From Antedon mediterranea (lineage: Eukaryota; Animalia; Echinodermata), in contig NC_092673.1 in the NCBI RefSeq assembly GCF_964355755.1, forward strand, positions 23,619,648-23,683,647: a stretch of 64,000 bases of DNA. The letters run 5' to 3'. Of this stretch, positions 10,701 through 19,542 are shown one piece after another. Under the pieces are notes generated by a model. The model ran no database searches, had not been told where the DNA came from, and worked only from the letters and a program-made list of their open reading frames with translations. Both the position numbers and the translations under genes were made by a program. Within the stretch, counting starts at the first letter, position 1; each line of letters begins with the position of its first letter.

Positions 10701-13700
10701 TATACCGTATTGATTCTCTTTCGTGTGCGTCAACCCACATTATATCTTTACCTTACACACCTGTTACACGAGTGGTACCGGTATCATGTCTAACGCAATA
10801 AATGTAAAAAGTGAAACCTGCATCCCATGTGGGACACTGTATACCCTCTACTGATACTATAAAGTATAATTATTTAGAGGTTTGATATTTATGAGTTTGA
10901 TATTTAGGCCCAGTTTAGGTTTACTGTCGCCAGACCTTACACACAATACCATTTTTTTAAATGCTGTACTTTGTCTTTTCATTAGAATCCAGAATATCTT
11001 GTTCATTATAAACATTTACTTTAAATTTATTCCATTGCTTAATATTTATATGTATTCTACAGGAAGAACCACACGCGTGGTACTTACCTCTATATATACA
11101 ATTTATCGGAAGAATCATTTGGAGAATACATCTTATTCGTAAGTCGTGAGGAAGTCCAGAGTTTTACACTTTATTTGTCTCAGCCAAGTACGTAACACCT
11201 TTGTATACGGTTAATTACAGTAAATTAATTATTTCTTGAAAGGTTGTTCATATATTTTTGACAATTTACTACTGCGCTTAGTAGGTTATAAAATGGTATA
11301 TGGATGGGATGTTTTTGATACTCTGGCGTAGTTGTTCATATCAGGGAAGAATTTCACTCTTCCCTGTTCATCATACCACTTGACAACGGAGCTTGCGCTG
11401 ATTTCTAGGGTTAAATTCGGGTCCACTAAAACACTGGTTACTGATGACCAACTAACCATTAGTCAGGAAGCTGGCGCAATACATAACAGTATTGTTATAA
11501 TATTTTCTACAAACATACTTTCTAATATAGTAATTACTTTACGTAAATTATAATTTTTATTATTTCAGATAAAAATAGATTGGAGAATAAAATTATTGCT
11601 AAATCATCAACAGATATTTACATAATTATTGTAGTTTGTTTTGGAATAACAGCGGTCATTTTAGCTTCACTTCTGACTTTCTTCTGTCTGAAAAAGATTT
11701 CAAGACAAAGCGGTAAGCCTAGCAATATTGTTAACAATAATTAATTTAACAGTCGACGTAGTGTATCATAGCGGTGTAGTAATAACAAAAACACTGAATA
11801 AATCGTTTTAATCACTGGTTATTTTAGTGTGGGTATTTTCTCTGTAAGCATACTATTTTACTATATTTTTCATTGGATCAGTACCAGTTGATTGCGGGTC
11901 TTTGCAATGTCATGTATCACAAAATGATATAATAATAATAATAGTTCATTCTTATATAGCGCATATAAGCAAACTCTCAATGCGCTGAACATTATTACCT
12001 CAGGCATTTCCTGATCAAACACCTATGGAAACATACTCCCATATATGCAGCTAGAATCAGCGTAAAGTTGTGTCTTGATCTAACCGGGTTCCAAATTATA
12101 CCCCTGGGTGGAGAGAGGCAAACGTAAGTAAAGTATCTTGCCTAAGGATACAAGCAATGCGGCTTGTGAATATTTGTCTCTTTCTCTCGTCTCTTTCATC
12201 GACAGCTTTTTTAGAGTCCATACAAACAAAAAGATTGGAACCAGAATGCTTGAAATTAGATCCAATATTCGAGGATCTTGAAATCTTGTTTGAAGAACAG
12301 GTAGCCTGGAGTCAAAGAAAGGCAATTGGAAAAGGCCGATTCGGGAATGTATTTGAATGCCCGGTCTTTGGCATCATTAGGAAGAACGAATACGTTAACG
12401 TTGCCATCAAAGTTCCTAAAGGTAGAAGTTTATATTATATAATGCCTTACCCATTTAGGCCTACAATTATATGGATTATTGTCAGTATACTGTATGAGAG
12501 TGATGAGACGCTTTGAAATGTAATTGTTTTTTAATTAAATTATTTGTTTTTGTATATCTCAGAGCAAACATAATTTCTATGGAAATTTTATATGCAAATG
12601 ACAATAAATGGAAATTATTTTCCATTGATGAATAAATGAAGTTGAAATAAATTAAATTTTAATTTTACGTTGATGTCTTCTTATTATTCATTTGTTTTAT
12701 GCATACTAGATCATGCGTCATCGGCTGAGAAGGACGACTTAAAGAACGAAATTGAAATCTTAATGCAACTTAGAAATCATTTCAACATTGTAGAAATTGT
12801 CGCATGTCATACTAAAAAAGACCCTATCATGTTGATCACTGAGCTTCTACCATACGGTTGTCTACTGCAGTTTTTAAGGACAAGCTTGCAAGTATGTTAT
12901 GTCTTCTGATAACATTTAGGTTTTATGTAGTTTTGATTAATGATTAATGATGCCATAATGTCTGCCTGATATTTAAGATAAAATTGAGATTAGACTATAA
13001 ATTAGTCACTATTGCAAACAAAATGGAAACATTCAAGAAGTAAAGGCCTATTTACACTAGGACGATAACGATCGACGATAAATAGACAAATATGCATTGT
13101 TCATACATAAAACAAAAGAAATCTAAACAGTTTTTATTCTAGAACTCTTATTTATGCTTCCTATCATGACAATGATATTTTTACACGTCCAATCAAATGA
13201 CTTCATGATTAGTAACAACAATAATAATAATCGTGACAATACAACGATTTTGTTTTTGTTTTTATTGATCATGACGTCATTTAATTGGATTTTTAAAAAT
13301 ATTCTTTTCATCAAAGACAGCATAATGAGTATTCTATAATTGTAGAACGAAAAAATTTATAAATTATTTTATTTTATGTAAGAAAAATGTATGATTATCT
13401 ATTTGTCGTCGTTTGTTGTCGTCATAGTATAAATGGGCCTTAAGGTAGGCGTATTCAGAGACTGATCTCGCTTATTATACTCCTTAGTGGACAATTATGA
13501 TTCCTCATTCACTCGTTTCAATTTATTCACCTTTCTGCTAATCTTTTTTAGATTGAGAGATATAATTATTTTGCCTACATCCACATAAGTTTCTCCTTAT
13601 TAATTTTATTTGGATTTATCTTATTTACTGTTACAGATGCATGAAAATGGAGAGTTCTCCGATCCAATTTATAATATTGATAAACCTAGAATTCTTTACG

Positions 13701-15881
13701 ATGTTAGTAGACAGATTGCAAATGGAATGGTAAGTGCCCATACTACAAAGAGGGTAAAATAAGTTTTTCAATTTTCTTGGCATTTTTTTTTTCATTTATA
13801 GTATTATCAGTAGGCCTACATCAGTATTGTTTACTTTTTGTATCAATTATTTCAATTCAGTTATGCTTCACAAAGTTACACTATGAAATATAAGTGTAAT
13901 AAAATATAGAATTAAGAAAATTATATAAAAAATAAAGTCTATACGATGACAGATTACAAATGGCATGGTACTACAAGCATTTTAAAATACAACTATTTGT
14001 CCTACGGAATTATGACATTTTGTTACAGAATCTTGCAATTGCTGTGAAGTTGTAGCTTAGTATTAAACGTGCTTTCTATCCAATATGAAATTCATGATTC
14101 AATTTACGCTATTTGTATATGCTTAGACTTACGTAGCAGACAATAAAATAGTCCATGGAGATCTTGCAGCCAGAAATATTCTAGTTGGTGAGAATATGAA
14201 TGTCAAAATCGCAGATTTCGGTTTGGCAAAAGATGTTTACGAAACTGGTTACATGCGTTTGGACGATGGAGAAATACCTGTGAAATGGTATAGCATTGAA
14301 ACTATTTTGAAGAACATTGTTTCAACAAAAAGCGATATGTAAGTAATTGAACTTCCTCTTCCTATTACACCCAACAAATCCTTATTATTATTCTTAACAT
14401 TCTCAGATATAACATTTTCTGGAAATTGTTATCGTAAATTTTATAGCAAACATATAAATAGGGGCCATGTCTAACCGAATTCCTGATTAACATTTCATCT
14501 AAATAGATTGAAATTATATGTCGCCTACAGTATGTTTGTGTTTCAATATGCGATAGACTTATTTAACCTACAGCAAATAAAATACAAATATTTCTTTTAA
14601 TCTGAACTTTTTTACTGTTTTTTGTTGGTTTTTCAGTTGGTCTTATGGAGTACTTCTATATGAAATTTTCTCCAGTGGCAGTTCGCCATATCCTGGTATC
14701 ATTGCACATACTTTACCAGAGATGTTAAAGAATGGGTATCGAATGGCTAGGCCGTCTTGTGAGTGTCCAGAGCCAGCGTAAGTAATACAAAACACTCTAA
14801 ACAAAAACCTGATTTAAGAAATGGACACAAAGTAGGCCTAGTAAATCTAAACTATTATTGTCTCCTGTGGAGTATTTTTTTAATGTAAATAAAAATCACT
14901 AACACATACTCAGTTTTTTCTAGATTGTCTTCTGTAGGTTTCCATACGTGTTGGATCCCAAAAAAATGACTATGGTAATAATGTTCAGCGCTTAGAGGTT
15001 TCATACATTAGGTGCTATATAAATCCAGGATATTATTATTATTATTATAATTCAAAACATTTTAAAACAACTTTTAAAAACATAGACAGCTTTGTGCGCA
15101 GTTTCTAAACAAATTCTTTTTTTTTGGTTCCATGTACACGATTATACGCACTGTATACAGGTTCGTCACAAGCATTTTCTAGCATTAGAACACAATGAAA
15201 TTTATTCAGTAAACTAGTAGAATCAGTCAATTCCCGAACTTTGATTGTTTGATTTGTTTTGTGTAATAATTATTAAATGATATTCTTTTGTGGTAGATAC
15301 AAACTGATGTTAACATGTTGGGAAGAAGTTCCAACAAACCGACCGTCATTTAAGGATCTTTACAAAACAATTGATTCAATTCTTAAAGACTTGACGTCAG
15401 AGGAAAATCCATATATAGATCTTGATGAAGACATGAACGATGAATATTCAACAATGGTAATATAACACAATTTCGATTTGTGTCGACCACCGATTATCTG
15501 ACCAGCGCATGTGTCGTCGATCGTCTGTGAAATCTCTAAAACTGTGTCGCGTAATACTATAGTGATGTATCACGTCCTAACTGACCCCCGCATGCGCACA
15601 ATACATTAAGTTAAATAACTGTGTTATAGATCTTCGCAAATCGAAAGTACCCTATTAGCGCTGGCCTAATATGCAAAACACGTAGACTACCGTAACTAAC
15701 GAACATCGAACTTGGATGTTAAATGGAACTAACAATGCATTTACTTATTCTTTTTGTTTAGATTATAATTCAAAATCCACCGAAAGAAAAACATTCGTCG
15801 TGCTGTCCAGTTGAAGAAGAAATACAACCATGCCTAAGCCCGGTTTATGAAACATTTTTATCAGATGTTGTAACTGCTTGA
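7403..15881 (+). CDS. Receptor tyrosine kinase, FGFR-like (signal peptide, 2 Ig-like domains, TM, TK domain), 672 aa
   Basis: Exons 7403-7529 (signal peptide MENTLRRFLFMIVFSSVSC), 9895-10173 (Ig1: SCCAVNFDRIEW...GNYTC), 10405-10624 + 11063-11187 (Ig2), 11569-11712 (TM IYIIIVVCFGITAVILASLLTFFCL-KK), 12206-12421 (IGKGRFGNV...VAIK), 12710-12891, 13637-13729, 14127-14338 (HGDLAARN, DFG, IPVKW), 14637-14777 (WSYGVLLYEIF..G.SPYPG), 15297-15456 (CW...RPSF; NPYIDL), 15762-15881 (TGA). Total 2019 nt, open frame throughout. Confidence 0.9.
7628..7703. repeat. (TA)n microsatellite, insertion site of Penelope-like elements
   Basis: About 75 bp of TA directly abutting the PLE fragment; further TA tracts at about 8590, 8733 and 8964 separate the inserts. 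Confidence 0.95.
8471..8513 (+). ncRNA. Minimal type I hammerhead ribozyme in PLE pLTR
   Basis: ttttcac-CTGATGA-t-gggc-tat-gccc-GAAA-cat-GTC-gttaaaa: catalytic core, stem II, palindromic ACATGT stem III, GUC cleavage triplet, stem I with one mismatch. Confidence 0.8.
8682..8724 (-). ncRNA. Antisense copy of the same hammerhead ribozyme (inverted pLTR)
   Basis: ttttaacgacatgtttcgggcatagcccatcatcaggtgaaaa is the exact reverse complement of 8471-8513. Confidence 0.78.
8794..8834 (+). ncRNA. Second, unrelated type I hammerhead ribozyme
   Basis: ctgca-CTGACGA-gat-taag-atc-GAAA-cagtact-GTC-tgcag: perfect 5-bp stem I, stem II, palindromic ACAGTACTGT stem III. Confidence 0.82.
8988..9150 (-). mobile_element. 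Third pLTR-like fragment with a truncated hammerhead (9113-9150); same family as 33935-34128
   Basis: Minus strand reads aTGATGA-a-gggc-tagtgtt-gccc-GAAA-gCTC-tgctaac, truncated at a TA tract. The body aatgacaatgctgt.ggtatcagtgg.tggatctcaatggagatacaaaa recurs at 33.9-34.1 kb. Confidence 0.65.
11928..12163 (-). mobile_element. SINE with conserved central domain and L2-like 3' tail
   Basis: Minus strand: ccttaggcaagatactttac...cctctctccacccaggggtataa...gcgcattgagag...gcgctatataagaatgaac(tat)n. Confidence 0.65.
13044..13440. mobile_element. PIF/Harbinger-type MITE (TAA target-site duplication)
   Basis: TAA|aggcctatttacactaggacga...tcgtcatagtataaatgggcct|TAA, with imperfect TIRs of about 45 bp. 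Confidence 0.75.
14980..15048 (+). mobile_element. L2/SINE 3' tail fragment
   Basis: tgttcagcgcttagagg...gtgctatataaatccagga(tat)n. Confidence 0.5.
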
Positions 15882-16733
15882 GAAGTTAAAAGAACGATCT
15901 TATGTCCATTTTAATAACATAAATTATATATGTAATTTCAAAATGATGACGCTCTTTTACCAAATCTTTCAGTGTTCACTGAATGAGAATTGTCATTTTA
16001 CTGTACACGTTTTGAATTATTCATCTCTCAATTATTCAAATTAAAGAACTGAAAGATTGTTCAAAAAGCGTTTTCCTACAATAAGTATTGAAGACCGTTC
16101 AAGAATACACAAATTATTTATTCAAAACAACACTTTGTAGTAATGATGCACATTATTTATTTTACTGGTTATAATATCCGTCATTATTTCTTACTTACTG
16201 AAAGCACCTTTTTAGTTACTGTATATATTCATATATAATTAGTAGTACAGTATTAGAACTACATTATTCGGCACAGAAGTAATGTACTGGCGTATAGTAA
16301 ACTCCATTTTTTTTATCAAAAGGAAGACAATCTCTGAATTATTACTATGGCAATTCAAATTATTATTACAATATAACCATTATTAAAGATGAATCAAATG
16401 GAAATAATCAATATCACTCGTAAGCATTTTTGGGTTTCCTTTAAATGCCAGCAATAAAGTAAATGGTTTACTTTTTATGTATTTTATTTTGGTAATGATT
16501 TTCCAAATAAATTCAAATCAAATCATAATAAATTTATGATATTCTGGTTTATTGCAAAAATAGTTCCTGAACGGAATTGATTTATTTCACATCGGTCAAC
16601 ATGCATGCTTGCCTGAAATTCAACTTTTCATTCATTATTGCCGGAAAAAAAAACAACGTAACATTATGAACAAAACATTGCAATAAAAAGTTAAACAAAG
16701 ATTTCTCTAGTCAAGTTTAACCCCCATTTACTG

Positions 16734-17551
16734 AAACAAGGCCAACAGCCATTAAGTCGCGTGCTACAATGCATAGTGATACCAGACCGACAGACAAACA
16801 GACCGACAGACAGACAGACCGACAGACAGACGGACCGACCGACATAGTGAACTATACTGACCGAAATTACTGAACATGTTTAAAAATGTTGAAATGTTTA
16901 AAAACATTTATATTTTTTTAATTTACACGTGCGTAGCCTGTCACTTTTGACGTGCTCGTATAACGTAATTTCGAGTTGAAAAGTAAGTCAAGAAAACAGA
17001 AATCGGGTAAAAAGAGTGCGCAATAACATTTAACGCGCAGTGCGCGTGCAAAAATCTGCGCACTCATGGCAATTTTGTAAACGCTTAAAATTGCCTGAAA
17101 CGTACTCTTATTTCATCGAAAATAAATTTTGAAAATTTTAAGCGCGCGTACGCATGCGTTACATGCGCTACGCACGTAATTGTATTGCCATATGATGATT
17201 TATGCCCTGAAATTTATGAGTACCAAATTTTATTTAATTGTGATTCATGGTTGTTAAGATATGATTACAAACGTGATTTCGTTAAATCGTGCGTAGACCG
17301 CGTAATTTTTTATTGCGCACCGTGAAAACATAACCACATCGATTCCTGGCCATAAGGAATATTCTGTGAAAAATTGACTTAGCTAGATTAAACTGATATC
17401 AAGATAAGGTCATAAAGCGATAAAACGCATAGTGATACCGGACCGACAGACAGACAGACAGACCGACAGACAGACCGACAGACAGACAGACAGACAGACA
17501 GACCGACCGACCGACATAGTGAACTATAGAGTCGCTTCCACGCGACTAAAA
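16734..17551 (-). mobile_element. DINE-1/Helentron-like non-autonomous element with internal (GACA/GACC)n microsatellites
   Basis: Minus strand begins TTTTAGTCGCGTG...CTCTATAG...(GTCG/GTCT)n and ends CACGCGACT-taatggctgttggcc-ttgttt (subterminal inverted repeat then hairpin). Core block duplicated at about 16771-16856 and 17427-17528. Confidence 0.7.
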
Positions 17552-17883
17552 ACAAACAGATAGTACATTAATTTGATCTGAACAAACAAGTTTTCTTAAA
17601 ATTCTTTATAGTTTAAATTATATTATGAATAATCTTATACTAACGCTTGACATCAGATAAATACAAATCAAAATATGATGTTCAATTTGTTTTATGAATA
17701 CTTTTCTGGAACTAAAGGCTTCGGATATCAACTGAAATAATATCGTTCCATGTTTATTTAGAGTCAGCAACAACCATTATGTTATGGACGAACACTCCTT
17801 TTTACAAACCTAGAGACTATCACGGAAAAATGTCTAGTGCATAATGATTTGTTCCTTATTACAAGCCTAACTACGGGCTTGTG

Positions 17884-19299
17884 TCATGAAACTTCAATTG
17901 CATCCAATGGACATTTGTTGCTAGACGTGGTCAGCCATGGCTCAATGCATTTGTTATGATACATGTGTTTGCATGGCAATACTTTTAATCTCTCTCCGAT
18001 GACGTAATCATCCATGCATATAAGGCAACACAAACCTTCGTGTTCAGAACCAGCCTCCAAAGATGGCAGAGAACGTATTGCTTTAGAAGTAGCCACTTTG
18101 GGCTTTACGGTCTCGTCTAGCCTTAATAGAAGTTCATAATCCTCAGGGCTAAGTTCTCGAAACTGTAGTTGCATCATTAATTCCAACATACGACTGCTAT
18201 CTTTTCGGATCTTGTCTTCCAGTTCTTTTGCATCAGCAATACTCTTCTGAACAGTGGCAAGGTCCCTGTTCAGTTGGTCGTCCAAACTTTTCTTTATGAT
18301 AGCCTGTGTTTCTAGTTGAAATAGTTTCTCCAAATCAGCAGCTGTCAAATCTCTATATTGCAAATCAATCAGTTCTTTAGTTTGTTTATCAACTGCATTT
18401 GAGATGTTCCCCTCGTGCAGAGCATACTCTGCAAATTCTATTTTCTTTTGTTCTGCGGGTTTAAATGGCGTTACCTTCCTCGGTTCTTTTCTCTTTTCCT
18501 TCTTCACCTGCTTCACCTTCTTAACTCTGCATGGTTCTTTTCTCCTCTGCTTCTCTTGGTCAAATTTTAACCGTATTGGATGATAGGCGGTGTTAATAGT
18601 GTGCTCAACACAGTTAATAACTTTTAATTTTACTCCTATCTTTTTCAAAGCCTTTTGTTTGTTATTTTTTTTCGCAGAAGTGTTTTCAGAAACATTTGTT
18701 TTTCTAGTAGATTGCCTGGTTAAAATACGTTGCTTTATGTTGTATTTTTTACCATTGGTGACGGCCATTCTTGTACATTTATCGTGATTAAAATGTTCAT
18801 CTCTTATCTGCACATGTACTTTTTGAAGTTTAGTGTTTTTTGTAGACCTCCGTTCAGTGCACCTTAAATTATCAGGTCCATCGAAATGTTCTAAATAGTG
18901 ATCGATATCAGAGTGATCGATATCAGAGTGATCTAGATCTGGACGATCTACTTTTTCTGTATTGCTTCTTAAGCTTACCCTTGTGCTGGTGAAAATTCCA
19001 TCCACTACAAAACAGTACAGGTGATCTGCAGGCTTAAATTTCTTCTTTTTAATTTTGCTTTCCATTTTCTGTGATAACTTATTTGTAGGCCGATCAGACG
19101 TATTCAATATATCCGCACCGTTGTTGTAAGTAAGCGTTTTAACCAGCACTGTAGACCTGTTATTGCAATATTCTTCTTGTGATTGTGACCGTGTCCCTAA
19201 AATATCGATGACTTTCCTGTTTGTGTCCCTATCACTATCCTGAGTAGGCCTACTGTGATTAGAATCGACGACTTGGGGTTCCATTTGGCAGGCCACCAT
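17884..19299 (-). CDS. RING-H2 E3 ubiquitin ligase with ZSWIM2-like C-terminal module; intronless ORF, 471 aa from first ATG
   Basis: Uninterrupted ORF. C-terminus RELSPEDYELLLRLDE...CLICMDDY.IGERLKVLPCKHMYHNKCIEPWL...CPLD. Basic low-complexity N-terminal half. The track's start at 19329 is a GTG following a likely splice acceptor (tccctttttag); first ATG is at 19299. Confidence 0.85.
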   Translation of the reverse strand: MVACQMEPQVVDSNHSRPTQDSDRDTNRKVIDILGTRSQSQEEYCNNRSTVLVKTLTYNNGADILNTSDRPTNKLSQKMESKIKKKKFKPADHLYCFVVDGIFTSTRVSLRSNTEKVDRPDLDHSDIDHSDIDHYLEHFDGPDNLRCTERRSTKNTKLQKVHVQIRDEHFNHDKCTRMAVTNGKKYNIKQRILTRQSTRKTNVSENTSAKKNNKQKALKKIGVKLKVINCVEHTINTAYHPIRLKFDQEKQRRKEPCRVKKVKQVKKEKRKEPRKVTPFKPAEQKKIEFAEYALHEGNISNAVDKQTKELIDLQYRDLTAADLEKLFQLETQAIIKKSLDDQLNRDLATVQKSIADAKELEDKIRKDSSRMLELMMQLQFRELSPEDYELLLRLDETVKPKVATSKAIRSLPSLEAGSEHEGLCCLICMDDYVIGERLKVLPCKHMYHNKCIEPWLTTSSNKCPLDAIEVS

Positions 19300-19542
19300 T
19301 ATTGTATAATGTATATGTGTACCACTCACCTAAAAAGGGAGCTGCTTGTCACAACTCGTCGTTTGTATTAATTTAGTATTTATATAGGGTCATATTGCAC
19401 AACGACAAGTAAGCTCAGAAATACAATGTTTTGATGACGTTTTTGTTATTATTAAAGTAATGATGTCATAATAGACGCTCTTGATTGGATAACAATAATT
19501 ACGCGCCTCCAAAAGCATGAACTATGACACGATAATGGCAAC

